Shown here one piece after another: positions 1-11,407 of a DNA stretch of 64,000 bases. A model generated the notes under the pieces. The model had not been told where the DNA came from and did not search any database. It was given only the letters and a program-made list of their open reading frames with translations. Origin of the DNA: Syntrophobacterales bacterium. Its GTDB lineage: Bacteria > Desulfobacterota > Syntrophia > Syntrophales > CAMTWB01. The position numbers were made by a program, and so were the translations under genes. Positions within the stretch are counted from its first letter, which is position 1, and every line of letters begins with the position of its first letter. The stretch spans positions 5,542-69,541 of the forward strand of contig JBBIJM010000004.1 of NCBI GenBank assembly GCA_037445955.1, read 5' to 3'.

Positions 1-2663
1 AAGACAAGTGGTACCAATACTGGTTGAAACATGATCTCTTCCATGCCGCAGACGAGGCGCGCAACAAACCCTTCTCCATCGTCATCCCCCCGCCCAATGT
101 AACCGGTATGCTCCACATGGGGCATGCCTTAAACAACGTCCTGCAGGATATCGTGGTGAGAACCAGGAGGATGCAGGGCTTAAACACCCTCTGGATGCCC
201 GGGATGGACCATGCGGGCATCGCCACCCAGAACGTCGTCGAGCAGGAGCTGGCCAGGGGCAATCTCACCAGGCACGATCTGGGGCGGGAGGAATTCATCG
301 CCCGCATCTGGCAGTGGAAGGAGAAGTACGGCGGGGTGATCATCAACCAGTTGAAACGCTTAGGTTGCTCCTGCGACTGGGAGAGGGAGCGGTTCACCAT
401 GGACGAGGGCCTGTCGAAGGCGGTCCGGGAGGTCTTCGTCAGGCTTTATCGAGACGGGCTCGTCTACCGGGGGGACTATGTGATCAACTGGTGCCCCCGC
501 TGCCATACCGCCATCTCGGATCTCGAGGTCGAACACAGGGAAGCGGCCGGTTTTATCTGGCATATCCGCTACCCCCTGGCCGAAGGCGAAGGCGAGGTGG
601 TCGTCGCCACCACCCGGCCGGAGACCATGCTCGGGGATACGGCGGTGGCGGTAAACCCGGCAGACGAACGCTTCCGGGGGCTGGTGGGAAAAAAGGTGGT
701 CCTGCCCCTGGTGAAGCGGGTCATTCCCATCATCGCCGACGGCTACGTGGCCATGGATTTCGGCTCCGGGGCGGTAAAGATCACCCCGGCCCACGACCCG
801 AACGATTTCGCCGTGGCCGAGCGCCACGGCCTGGAAATCATCTCGGTGATCGATGGAAGCGGCCGGATCAACGAAAACGGGGGCGGCTATCAGGGCCAGG
901 ATCGTTACGAATGCCGGGAAAACATCCTCCGGGACCTGGCCGAAAACGGCTACCTGGCGGGCCGGGAGCCTTACCTCCACAACATCGGCCAGTGCTACCG
1001 CTGCAAGACCGACATCGAGCCCGCCGTCTCCAAACAGTGGTTCGTCCGCACCAAACCACTGGCCCAGGAGGCCGCCCGGGCGGTGGCCCAAGGCAGGACC
1101 CGGATCATCCCCTCCTTATGGGAGGGAACCTATTTCGAATGGCTCGGCAATATCCGGGACTGGTGCATCTCCCGGCAGATCTGGTGGGGACACCGGATTC
1201 CGGTCTGGTACTGCCCCTGCGGCGAGATCATCGTCTCGGCCTCCGATCCGGACCGTTGCCCGGACTGCGGCAGCGGGGAGATCAAACAGGACGAAGACGT
1301 CCTGGACACCTGGTTCAGCTCCGCCCTCTGGCCCTTCTCCACCCTGGGCTGGCCCGAGGCAACCAAGGCCTTAAAGACCTTCTATCCGACTTCCCTGCTT
1401 GTTACGGGGTTCGATATCCTTTTCTTCTGGGTCGCCCGGATGATGATGATGGGGATCTATGTCATGGGGGAGGTGCCCTTCCGGGACGTTTACCTCCATG
1501 CCCTGGTCCGGGATGAAAATGGGGAAAAGATGAGCAAGTCCCGGGGTAATATCATCGATCCCCTGGAGATGATAGACAAATACGGAACCGACGCCTTCCG
1601 GTTCACCCTGGCCGCCTATACCGCCCAGGGGCGGGACGTCCGGATGTCCGAGGAGCGCATCGAGGGCCATAAGCATTTCGTCAACAAGATCTGGAACGCC
1701 GCCCGCTTCGCCCTTGCCAACCTGGCGGACTATGAAGGCGCCGCAAGTGCGAGGCCCGGTGAGGAGACCCTTCCCAACCGCTGGATCCGGCATCGGCTGA
1801 ATCTGACCATAAGAGAGATCTCAAGACATCTCGAGGAGTACCGGTTCAACGAGGCGGCCCAGGCGATCTACCAGTTCACCTGGCGTGAGATGTGCGACTG
1901 GTATCTGGAGTTGATCAAACCGGCGCTCTACGGCAAGGGGACCCAGGATGAGAGGATAGCGACCCAGAAAACCCTCCTGGAGGTGATCTCTCAGACCCTC
2001 CTGCTGCTTCATCCCTTCATGCCTTTTGTTACCGAAGAGATCTGGCAGGCACTCCCGGGCGGGGACACCACCTCCATCATGATCAGCCCCTATCCCCAAT
2101 TCGACGAAACCCGGGAGGATTACGAAGGGGCGGAAAAGATGGCCGCCTGTATGGAGATCATCGGCGCCATCAGAAATATCCGGGGGGAAATGGAAATCGG
2201 CCCCGCCGCCCGGCTCAAGGTGATCATGTCCTCGCCGGATGAAGGGCGGCGGGCCTCCCTCTGTCTGACGGCGTCCCATGTGATCCATCTGGCAAACCTC
2301 GAATCCTTCGTCATTACGTGCGATCCGGAGGAACCCAAGGGGTCCGTAACCGGGGTCGTCACCGGCGGCCGGGTCTTTGTGCTCATGGAAGACACCCTGG
2401 ATCTCGACCGGAAACGGGCTAAGACGGAAAAGGAGCTGGCCCGGGCGGAAAAGGAGCTGATCCAGGTCGAAAGGAAACTCGCCAACCGCGACTTCTTGAG
2501 CAAGGCCGCCCCGGCGGTAATCGAGAAGGAACGGGGAAAGGCGGCGGAGCTTAAGCATAAGCATCTGATTCTCGAAGGAACCCTAAAAAAAATCAAAGGG
2601 TTGCAGATAGCCCCCCCAACCGGCAGCATCAGTGATCCGGCAAAGGCCGTCCATGCTCAATAG
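1..2663 (+). CDS. valS: valyl-tRNA synthetase, 5' end cut by window edge
   Basis: The frame is open from nt 3 (DKWYQYW precedes the track's TTG at 24), so the true start lies upstream of the window. It has the class I HIGH-type motif HMGH, a KMSKS motif, and a C-terminal coiled coil typical of ValRS. Confidence 0.95.
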   Translation, partial: DKWYQYWLKHDLFHAADEARNKPFSIVIPPPNVTGMLHMGHALNNVLQDIVVRTRRMQGLNTLWMPGMDHAGIATQNVVEQELARGNLTRHDLGREEFIARIWQWKEKYGGVIINQLKRLGCSCDWERERFTMDEGLSKAVREVFVRLYRDGLVYRGDYVINWCPRCHTAISDLEVEHREAAGFIWHIRYPLAEGEGEVVVATTRPETMLGDTAVAVNPADERFRGLVGKKVVLPLVKRVIPIIADGYVAMDFGSGAVKITPAHDPNDFAVAERHGLEIISVIDGSGRINENGGGYQGQDRYECRENILRDLAENGYLAGREPYLHNIGQCYRCKTDIEPAVSKQWFVRTKPLAQEAARAVAQGRTRIIPSLWEGTYFEWLGNIRDWCISRQIWWGHRIPVWYCPCGEIIVSASDPDRCPDCGSGEIKQDEDVLDTWFSSALWPFSTLGWPEATKALKTFYPTSLLVTGFDILFFWVARMMMMGIYVMGEVPFRDVYLHALVRDENGEKMSKSRGNIIDPLEMIDKYGTDAFRFTLAAYTAQGRDVRMSEERIEGHKHFVNKIWNAARFALANLADYEGAASARPGEETLPNRWIRHRLNLTIREISRHLEEYRFNEAAQAIYQFTWREMCDWYLELIKPALYGKGTQDERIATQKTLLEVISQTLLLLHPFMPFVTEEIWQALPGGDTTSIMISPYPQFDETREDYEGAEKMAACMEIIGAIRNIRGEMEIGPAARLKVIMSSPDEGRRASLCLTASHVIHLANLESFVITCDPEEPKGSVTGVVTGGRVFVLMEDTLDLDRKRAKTEKELARAEKELIQVERKLANRDFLSKAAPAVIEKERGKAAELKHKHLILEGTLKKIKGLQIAPPTGSISDPAKAVHAQ

Positions 2664-3492
2664 AGAGGCCGTAAGAAGGATTCTTAAATCAGCCCTCCGG
2701 GAAGATCTGGGTCCCGGGGACATAACCACCGAGTCGATCCTCACCGGGGAAGAGTTGGGCCGGGCCCAAGCGGTAGCCAAAGGGGAGATGATCGTGGCGG
2801 GCCTGCCGGTCTTCGGCGAGGCCTTTGGCCTCCTGGATGAAAAGATATCTATCGCGGAATTCTGCAAAGACGGCGACCGTCTCCGGCCTCAATATATCCT
2901 GGCCGAGTGCCGGGGCAGGCTTGGAGCGATCCTTTCCGCCGAGCGGGTCGCCCTCAATCTCCTTCAGCGGTTAAGCGGGATCGCCACCCTGACCGGGCGC
3001 TTCGTCGAGGCGACAGCGGGCACCGGGGCCAGGATCCTCGATACGAGAAAGACGATCCCCGGCCTGAGAATTCTGGACAAGTATGCCGTCCGGGTGGGCG
3101 GCGGGTTCAATCACCGCTTCGGCCTCGCCGACGGGATCCTGATCAAGGAGAATCATATCGCCGCGGCCGGAGGAATCGCTCAGGCAATCACCCGGGTAAG
3201 ACGCTCGGCCCATCATCTCCTTAAGATCGAGATCGAAACCGCAAACTTAACCGAGGTAAAGGAGGCCCTGGCCGCCGGGGCCGACGTGATCATGCTCGAC
3301 AATATGTCCCTGGCGGAGATGAAGGAGGCGGTGGCTCTTGTCGCCGGGCGGGTTCCCCTGGAGGCCTCGGGCAACGTCACCCTGGCCAATGTGCGCCGGA
3401 TCGCCGAGGCCGGGGTGGACATGATCTCCGTGGGCGCCCTGACCCATTCGGCCCCGGCGGCGGATATTTCTTTGCTTGTCACAACCGGTTGA
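2653..3492 (+). CDS. nadC: nicotinate-nucleotide (quinolinate) phosphoribosyltransferase
   Basis: Length and overall sequence are typical of NadC (LREDLGPGDITT near the N-terminus, TIM-barrel C-terminal half). I prefer the ATG at 2653 over the GTG at 2632, which overlaps valS. Confidence 0.85.
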   Translation: MLNREAVRRILKSALREDLGPGDITTESILTGEELGRAQAVAKGEMIVAGLPVFGEAFGLLDEKISIAEFCKDGDRLRPQYILAECRGRLGAILSAERVALNLLQRLSGIATLTGRFVEATAGTGARILDTRKTIPGLRILDKYAVRVGGGFNHRFGLADGILIKENHIAAAGGIAQAITRVRRSAHHLLKIEIETANLTEVKEALAAGADVIMLDNMSLAEMKEAVALVAGRVPLEASGNVTLANVRRIAEAGVDMISVGALTHSAPAADISLLVTTG

Positions 3493-3501
3493 GAGGGAAA
3501 G

Positions 3502-4266
3502 ATGCTCCTGGTCATCGATGTGGGCAACACCAATACGGTAATCGGCCTCTACCGGGACGAGAAGCTGATCCGGGACTGGCGGATCAGGACGGTCACCGAA
3601 TACACCGTCGATGAGTACGGGATGCTCATCTACAACCTCTACAAGTCAAGCGGCATCAGCGGGAAAGAGATCGACGGCATAATAATATCCTGCGTGGTGC
3701 CGCCGGTTCTCAACATCCTCGAACCCCTTTGCGAAAAGTACTTTCATTTAAAGCCCCTCATCGTGGGCCCGGGGATCAGGACGGGAATGCCCATCTTCTA
3801 CGACAACCCCCGGGAGGTGGGCGCCGACCGGATCGTAAACGCCGTGGCGGGCTTCGAGAAGTACCGCCGGGATTTGATCATCGTGGATTTCGGCACCGCC
3901 ACGACCTTCGATTGCGTTTCCGCGAAAGGTGAGTACCTGGGGGGCTGTATCGCCCCGGGGATCATGATCTCGACGGAGGCCCTCTTCCGGCGGGCGGCGA
4001 AGCTCCCCCTGGTGGAGCTGTCCAAACCGAAATCCATCGTAGCCAAAGACACCGTAAGCAGTATGCAGGCGGGGATCATGTACGGCTACGCCGGGCTGGT
4101 GGACGGCATTGTGGCCAGGATCAAAGACGAGCTTAAGGGCGATCCCCTGGTCTTGGCGACCGGCGGCCTGGCCCGGGTCATCGCCCCGGAGACGAAGAGC
4201 ATCGCCCTGGTAGACGAGATGCTCACCCTGGAGGGTCTGAGGATCATCTATCTTAGAAACCGCTGA
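3502..4266 (+). CDS. coaX: type III pantothenate kinase
   Basis: 254 aa with the N-terminal [14 protein letters not shown]-fold phosphate motif and GADR and ATGG motifs typical of CoaX. Confidence 0.85.
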   Translation: MLLVIDVGNTNTVIGLYRDEKLIRDWRIRTVTEYTVDEYGMLIYNLYKSSGISGKEIDGIIISCVVPPVLNILEPLCEKYFHLKPLIVGPGIRTGMPIFYDNPREVGADRIVNAVAGFEKYRRDLIIVDFGTATTFDCVSAKGEYLGGCIAPGIMISTEALFRRAAKLPLVELSKPKSIVAKDTVSSMQAGIMYGYAGLVDGIVARIKDELKGDPLVLATGGLARVIAPETKSIALVDEMLTLEGLRIIYLRNR

Positions 4267-4399
4267 CGGCGGATGCCTGTTTTATTCCGGGAGAGTTGAA
4301 CATACCCCGGTCATTTCGACCGCAGGGAGAAATCGTAAACCCGCTTATCTTATTCAAATCTCTTTAACCATACCTGACAACTTAAGCGAGGCAGATCAT

Positions 4400-5521
4400 A
4401 TGGAAGGATTGGAGAGGCTCCGCAAGGTCGCAGAGGATCCCCTGGCCTACGGGCGGACGCTTAAGGAAAGGCAAAAGACCCTCCTGGGATATCTCTGCTC
4501 TTACGTGCCCGGGGAACTCATTGCCGCCGCGGGCCTGCATCCGTTTCGGCTCTACGGAACCAGGAGAAACATCCGGCTTGCCGACGCCCATCTCCAGGGT
4601 TATTGCTGCTCCCTGGCCCGGGGGGTTCTGGAGGAGGCCCTGGCGGGCGACTTCTCGTTCCTCTCCGGAGTCGTCTTTGCCCATACCTGCGATACGATGC
4701 AGCGGCTCTCGGACATCTGGCGGATCGGGGGCCTGAGTGCCTTTCACACCGATCTCATGGTGCCGGTAAGACTCGACGGGGCAAGCTCAAGAAAATACCT
4801 GATCGAGGTACTGTCCCGGTTCAAAGGGGAGCTGGAGAAATGGCAGGGCCGGTCAATCGGCGACGGCGAATTGCGGGCGGCCATCGGTCTCGAAAACGAC
4901 ATCCGGAGGCGGCTTGGGGAAATCTATGACCTCAAGAGCCGCTTCCCCGGGATCATAAGCGGCGGCGACCTTTTCTCCCTCTCCAAGGCGGCCCAGTTAT
5001 TAGCGAGAAACGAGTTGTCATCACTTCTGGCCCGACTCGCGGCGGAGCTTAAGGAGAAAACGAAAGGCGCCCTCCCGGACGGGAAATCAAAGAGGCTCGT
5101 TCTTGCCGGCGGGTTCTGTGATCAGCCCGAGATCTGGGATGCCATAGCCGAGGCCGGCGGAGAGGTCGTGGGAGATGATCTCTGCACCGGCTGCCGGGGC
5201 GTAAGCACCCTGGTTGATGAGCAGGGTGATCCCCTGGAGGCCTTGGCCGACCGGTATCTTGGCCGTCCCATCTGTCCGGCAAAACACCGAGGTCTGACGG
5301 GCCGGGGGGAGGATCTCCTGACCCTGGTGCGGGAGAAGGAGGCCTCCGGGGTGATCTTCTTGCAGCTCAAGTTCTGCGATCCCCACGGCTTCGATTATCC
5401 CTGCCTGCTTGATTGCCTGAAAAAGGCGGGGATTCCCTCGCTGCTCCTTGAGCTCGATTGTCAATCTCAGGCGGAAGGGCAGATAAAGACGCGGATCGAG
5501 GCCTTTTTGGAGATGATCTAG
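4400..5521 (+). CDS. 2-hydroxyacyl-CoA dehydratase / benzoyl-CoA reductase D-component family subunit (HgdB/BcrB-like)
   Basis: 373 aa with conserved Cys segments AHTCDTMQR and LKFCDPHGFD recalled from the HgdB/BadE family. It is paired with the next gene. Confidence 0.6.
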   Translation: MEGLERLRKVAEDPLAYGRTLKERQKTLLGYLCSYVPGELIAAAGLHPFRLYGTRRNIRLADAHLQGYCCSLARGVLEEALAGDFSFLSGVVFAHTCDTMQRLSDIWRIGGLSAFHTDLMVPVRLDGASSRKYLIEVLSRFKGELEKWQGRSIGDGELRAAIGLENDIRRRLGEIYDLKSRFPGIISGGDLFSLSKAAQLLARNELSSLLARLAAELKEKTKGALPDGKSKRLVLAGGFCDQPEIWDAIAEAGGEVVGDDLCTGCRGVSTLVDEQGDPLEALADRYLGRPICPAKHRGLTGRGEDLLTLVREKEASGVIFLQLKFCDPHGFDYPCLLDCLKKAGIPSLLLELDCQSQAEGQIKTRIEAFLEMI

Positions 5522-5550
5522 CCCCGCCGGAGCAGCAAGAGGAGGAGACA

Positions 5551-6771
5551 ATGGAGATACCGAAGTTCAAGGCGTCAGGCAAGATGAAGGAGATCATGAC
5601 CACCTATTACATCGAGGCGAAGACCGCCCGGGAGGCGGGGAAAAAGGTGGCCTGGATCACCAGCGGCGGCCCGGTTGAGCCGCTTATCGCTATGGACGTA
5701 ATCCCGGTTTATCCGGAAAATCACGGGGCCATGATCGGCGCCGCCAAAATGGGGGTCGATCTCTGCGAGAAGGCTGAGGCGATGGGTTATGCCCCGGATC
5801 TCTGTTCCTACGCCCGGGCGGATATCGCCTGCGCCCCGACGAGCGGCGGCCCGATCGGCGGGCTCCCCGCGCCGGATATGCTCATCTGCTGCAACAACAT
5901 CTGCGGAACCGTCCTCAAATGGTACGAAATCCAGGCCCGTTATTTTCAGGTGCCCCTCTTTATCCTGGACACCCCGTTTACCCACAAAACCTATACCCCG
6001 GAGGCCAAAAGTTACGTCCTGGCCCAGTTTGCCGAGCTGATCGAGTTTCTCGAGAGCCATACTAAAAAGAAGTTCGATTACGACCGGATAGGAGAGGTGG
6101 GACGGTATTCCCTCGAGGCCCAGCGGCTCTGGCAGGAGGTCCTGGACGCCTCGGCCAACCGGCCGGCGCCTATGTCGGCCTTTGACGCCTTTTTCCATCT
6201 GGCCTTGATCGTCACCCTGAGGGGAACGGCGAAGGCGGTGGAATACTACCGCATCCTCCTGGATGAGGTCAAAGACAGGGTGGCCCGGGGGATCGGCGCG
6301 ATTCCCAGCGAGCGCTACCGTCTCCTCTGGGATAATCTGCCCGTCTGGTACAAGACCAGGTGGCTCTCGGATAAATTCGCCTCCCTGGGGGCCTGTCTGG
6401 TCGCCGATACCTACACCTCCGCCTGGTGCGGTTCGCTGGCTTACATCCGGGAGGACAATTTCCTCGAATCCCTGGCGGAAGGCTACACGAGAATCTATCT
6501 CAATATCGGAATCGACCAGATGGCCCGGGAGGTGATCAAAATGGCGGACAAATACGCAATCGACGGCCTCGTCATCCACTCGAACCGGAGCTGCAAACCG
6601 TACTCCTTCGGCCAGTACGACCTCAAGCGGATTCTTGGGGAAGAGCGGGGGATCCCGTCGCTTATCATCGAGGCGGACATGGTCGACGAGCGCCAGTTCT
6701 CCCAGGCCCAGATAGAAACCAGGATCGAGGCCTTCATCGAGATGCTCGCCGCCGCGAGACAGACGGGCTGA
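5551..6771 (+). CDS. 2-hydroxyacyl-CoA dehydratase / benzoyl-CoA reductase family subunit (HgdA/BcrC-like)
   Basis: The ATG at 5551 is preceded by GAGGAGGAG. Segments DLCSYARAD, CNNICGT and HSNRSCKPYS resemble the HgdA/BcrC family. The track's longer 5458 start overlaps the upstream gene. Confidence 0.6.
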   Translation: MEIPKFKASGKMKEIMTTYYIEAKTAREAGKKVAWITSGGPVEPLIAMDVIPVYPENHGAMIGAAKMGVDLCEKAEAMGYAPDLCSYARADIACAPTSGGPIGGLPAPDMLICCNNICGTVLKWYEIQARYFQVPLFILDTPFTHKTYTPEAKSYVLAQFAELIEFLESHTKKKFDYDRIGEVGRYSLEAQRLWQEVLDASANRPAPMSAFDAFFHLALIVTLRGTAKAVEYYRILLDEVKDRVARGIGAIPSERYRLLWDNLPVWYKTRWLSDKFASLGACLVADTYTSAWCGSLAYIREDNFLESLAEGYTRIYLNIGIDQMAREVIKMADKYAIDGLVIHSNRSCKPYSFGQYDLKRILGEERGIPSLIIEADMVDERQFSQAQIETRIEAFIEMLAAARQTG

Positions 6772-6782
6772 TCGGGGAGAAC

Positions 6783-6812
6783 CGTTGCCCTGTCCGTTTT
6801 TCCAGGGCAACG
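6783..6812 (+). terminator. stem-loop after the dehydratase-like pair
   Basis: CGTTGCCCTG (6783-6792) pairs perfectly with CAGGGCAACG (6803-6812) across a 10-nt loop. No clean U-run follows, only AT-rich sequence. Confidence 0.35.
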
Positions 6813-6846
6813 GGCAAATATTTTATAATAATTTACCGCTCCCTCC

Positions 6847-6874
6847 TTGACAGACGGGAATTGATGTTTATCTT
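6847..6874 (+). promoter_or_regulatory. candidate sigma-70-type promoter for groES-groEL
   Basis: TTGACA (6847-6852), a 16-nt spacer, then TATCTT (6869-6874). A CTTGAA at 6879-6884 and TACAAT at 6905-6910 offer an alternative promoter. No CIRCE sequence is present. Confidence 0.3.
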
Positions 6875-6940
6875 ACCGCTTGAAGTCGTAGGCAATTTTT
6901 ACCTTACAATATAAAACACTGAAAGGAGAAGATGTTGAGT

Positions 6941-7234
6941 ATGAAGATCAGGCCATTGCAAGACCGGGTTATTGTCCGGCGGCTCGAGGAAGAGCAGAAG
7001 ACCAAGGGCGGGATTTACATTCCCGACACCGCCAAAGAGAAGCCGATGGAAGGCGAGGTGGTAGCGGTAGGCAAGGGGAAGGTAGCGGATGACGGGAAGC
7101 TCGTCAAACCCGAGGTGAAGGCGGGCGACCGGGTCCTCTTCAGCAAGTACTCGGGCACCGAAGTGAAAATCGACGGCGTGGAACACCTCATTATGCGCGA
7201 AGACGATATTTTAGGCATTATTGAAAAAAAATAA
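6941..7234 (+). CDS. groES: co-chaperonin GroES
   Basis: [12 protein letters not shown] is the canonical GroES N-terminus. AGGAGA sits 11 nt upstream of the ATG at 6941. The track start at 6932 adds 3 residues. Confidence 0.95.
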   Translation: MKIRPLQDRVIVRRLEEEQKTKGGIYIPDTAKEKPMEGEVVAVGKGKVADDGKLVKPEVKAGDRVLFSKYSGTEVKIDGVEHLIMREDDILGIIEKK

Positions 7235-7250
7235 CAAGGAGGACAGGTGA

Positions 7251-8897
<1,647 letters not shown>

Positions 8898-8920
8898 TCT
8901 GTAATCTCTTTAGCTTTTCC

Positions 8921-8956
8921 AAAAAGGCCTCCGGCTTTAAGCCGGGGGCCTTTTTT
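8921..8956 (+). terminator. rho-independent terminator after groEL (possibly bidirectional)
   Basis: AAAAA, then GGCCTCCGGC (8926-8935), loop TTTAA, GCCGGGGGCC (8941-8950), then TTTTTT. This gives a 10-bp stem with one G-U pair. It sits between the convergent groEL and glpC genes. Confidence 0.75.
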
Positions 8957-8968
8957 CGCTTATGAGAA

Positions 8969-10183
8969 CTAGGGCCTTGATCCGAGGGCATCCCGGAGAA
9001 CCTCGACGGGATGTCTCACCTCAAGACCGGTTAACGAACGGATCTGCATCCGGCAGCCTTCGCATTCCGAAACAATAATATCCGGTTTGATCCTCTCTGC
9101 GGCCCTGGTCAGATCCCGGCCGATGGCCTGGGAGATGTCGTATTTCTCCTTCTTGAAGCCGAACGCCCCGGCCAGGCCGCAGCAGTCCGCCTCAAGCAGA
9201 TCGAGCTTAAGCCCGGGAATCAACGAGAGAAGTTCGAAGGCGGGCAGCCCGATATTCAGAGCCTTAAGATGACAGGGGACGAAATAGGCCGCCTTCTTAT
9301 CAAGCGGGGAAAGGCCCCGGGAGAGTGCCGCCCGGCAGTCCTCGTTTAAGCTCAGGTATTCGAAAATGTCGAAGATATGACCTGCCGCCTCCCGGGCCCC
9401 GGGCAGGGCGAGGATCCGGTCGTATTCGTGGCGGATCATGAGCCCGCAGCTTGGCGAGGCAAAGACAATATCCCGGCCCCGGGAGATAAGCTCCCCGAAA
9501 GACCGGAGATTGTAATTCCCCAGCCGCGCCGCCCCGGCCAGATCGCCGTGGCCGAGAAGCGGGATGCCGCAGCAGTCCTGCGGGGGCAGGATCACCTTTC
9601 TGCCGCAGGCCTCAAGGACCTCTACCGTCGCCCTTCCGACATCCACCTCGTGGACGTTGATGTAGCAGCCGTAGAAATAGCCGACGGTTATTTCTCCGGA
9701 AGAATTCCCGGGTCGGGAGCGGAACCACCGCCGAAACGACTGGGACTCATAAGGGGGCAGGTTCATTCTTCCGTCTATCCGCAAGAAACGATCGAGAAAC
9801 CATTTAACCGGGCGGCTCGTAAGCAGGGGATTCACCAGGGGGGCGAGAAGCGAGCCCAGGCCGTTTAGCCGATGGCTATGGGTCAGAAGCCAGTCCCGAA
9901 ACGGCCTGCCCTGCTCGTCGAGATATTTGGCCCGGGCCAGCAGGTTGAGCTCGGAGACCGGCACCCCGGAGGAGCAGACGGTTTCGCAGAGACGGCAGCC
10001 GAGGCACAGCTCGATCCAGTTGTCAACGGACGATTCTCCCGGATTCCGGAACCGCTCCGCCCCCGGCCCAGCCTGTTTCGGACCGGGGAACCGTCCCGTC
10101 ACCCGGGAGACCGGGCAGATGGACATACAGGTTGCGCAGCGGACACAAACATCGCAGGCCGGTTTTATCTCTTTGATGCTCAT
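8969..10183 (-). CDS. glpC: anaerobic glycerol-3-phosphate dehydrogenase subunit C (Fe-S)
   Basis: Two ferredoxin-type clusters (CVRCATCMSICP, CLGCRLCETVCS) followed by Cys-rich CCG-type repeats. It is the last gene of a glpA-B-C order, with a 4-nt overlap with glpB. Confidence 0.8.
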   Translation of the reverse strand: MSIKEIKPACDVCVRCATCMSICPVSRVTGRFPGPKQAGPGAERFRNPGESSVDNWIELCLGCRLCETVCSSGVPVSELNLLARAKYLDEQGRPFRDWLLTHSHRLNGLGSLLAPLVNPLLTSRPVKWFLDRFLRIDGRMNLPPYESQSFRRWFRSRPGNSSGEITVGYFYGCYINVHEVDVGRATVEVLEACGRKVILPPQDCCGIPLLGHGDLAGAARLGNYNLRSFGELISRGRDIVFASPSCGLMIRHEYDRILALPGAREAAGHIFDIFEYLSLNEDCRAALSRGLSPLDKKAAYFVPCHLKALNIGLPAFELLSLIPGLKLDLLEADCCGLAGAFGFKKEKYDISQAIGRDLTRAAERIKPDIIVSECEGCRMQIRSLTGLEVRHPVEVLRDALGSRP

Positions 10184-11400
10184 AATTCGCAGGCCCGTCT
10201 GGCGGCGGCATAGCCGGAGGCGATTTCGATGCCCTCCCGGGAGGTCTCCTCGATGGAGCTGTGGCAGGCCAAGATGGTCCCCGCCGCCCGGAGGTTCTCG
10301 AATACCGGTTTCCCTTCCCCGTCCACCGGCTGAAATTTCTCGTTTACCATCACCCCGGCAAAGTGGAGAGGATGAACGGAAGTCGAAAAGAAGCGTTTGT
10401 TAAACCAACCCCCCCGGGAGGAAGGCTTCTTCAGGGGGAGATCGAAGACAGGTTCCCTGATCCCCTCTTCATCCGCCAGGAGCCCGCCCCCCAGGAAACG
10501 GCCCGTAGCCAGGATGCAGGCCTCACAGGTAAAGGTCCTGCTGAGCGGGGCATGATATACGGTAACCCCCTTTATCCTTCTTCCTTCCCTGAGAACGGAC
10601 ACCACCGCCTGACCCTGGAGAAGCCTTACCCCCCGGGCCAGGAGGTGCCCTTTGAACCTGTTGAAAACCCTCATCCCCGGAATCGAGGGGGGAAGGATGG
10701 GGATTTCGAAGACCTTGAGCTTCGTTTCCGATTCGAGTTCCCTTAGAACCTGGGCGGGGGATCTCACCCCTAGGAGGGCGGGAAGCCCTACCGCCTCCTC
10801 CCCTGCCCAGCGCTTTTTGATTCCGTAGGCAAGCTCCCCTGTAAAACCGGGCTCCTCCATAAGCCGGGCAATGGCCGTGGCGGTGATCCCGCCCTGGTCC
10901 GCCCGGGGCAGGGGGATGGTGATTCCCCGGGCCTTTAAATGGTGGGCGACATACTCGGCAAAAAAATCCTTGAATCCCTCAAAACCTACGATCAAGGTCT
11001 TCCCCCAGTCGGCATCTATACCTCCCAACATGGTCGCCGGGACAAGGTAGGCGGGGTGCCTGGTCCCGGCACCGGTGGGGATGAGGCTGTTTCTTCCCCC
11101 GGGAGCGGAAAAATCGTAAGGGGGAGGGAAAAGGGAAACGAAGGATCTTAAGGCCTCTTCGATCCCCTGCCAGCCGGCCAGCGCGTAGGGGTGGCGGGGG
11201 TTGTCCCCGATCCAGGCCAGGACGTCTTCCTTGAGGCTGTCCCGGGATGCCCTGCCCAAAATATCGACGGTGTTGGAGAGGATCCCCAGGGAACCGATCC
11301 CTTTCCCTACAATCAACACCCGCCGGCCCGCCTCGGAGGCGGTTTTGGCCGCCATGAGGCCGGAGAGGCCGAGGCCGATCACAATAACGTCAAAGCGCAT
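10180..11400 (-). CDS. glpB: anaerobic glycerol-3-phosphate dehydrogenase subunit B
   Basis: The N-terminus MRFDVIVIGLGLSGL resembles E. coli GlpB (MRFDTVIMGGGLAGL). The gene lies between glpA and glpC. Confidence 0.8.
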   Translation of the reverse strand: MRFDVIVIGLGLSGLMAAKTASEAGRRVLIVGKGIGSLGILSNTVDILGRASRDSLKEDVLAWIGDNPRHPYALAGWQGIEEALRSFVSLFPPPYDFSAPGGRNSLIPTGAGTRHPAYLVPATMLGGIDADWGKTLIVGFEGFKDFFAEYVAHHLKARGITIPLPRADQGGITATAIARLMEEPGFTGELAYGIKKRWAGEEAVGLPALLGVRSPAQVLRELESETKLKVFEIPILPPSIPGMRVFNRFKGHLLARGVRLLQGQAVVSVLREGRRIKGVTVYHAPLSRTFTCEACILATGRFLGGGLLADEEGIREPVFDLPLKKPSSRGGWFNKRFFSTSVHPLHFAGVMVNEKFQPVDGEGKPVFENLRAAGTILACHSSIEETSREGIEIASGYAAARRACEL

Positions 11401-11407
11401 AAGATCC

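Noticed and set aside
314-1516. 400-aa alternative-frame ORF inside valS and similar nested ORFs throughout the track
   Set aside because: The translation is extremely Arg/Gly/Pro-rich, and ValRS motifs fix the real frame.
4267-4399. 133-bp coaX-dehydratase spacer examined for a riboswitch or small RNA
   Set aside because: It has only short 5-bp hairpins (CCGGG...CCCGG, ATTTC...GAAAT) and no resemblance to riboswitch cores I can recall.
5575-6810. 411-aa ORF antisense to the HgdA-like gene
   Set aside because: It is Arg/Gly/Pro/Asp-rich with low-complexity composition and covers exactly the span of a well-conserved gene on the other strand. This is a typical stop-poor shadow frame in GC-rich DNA.
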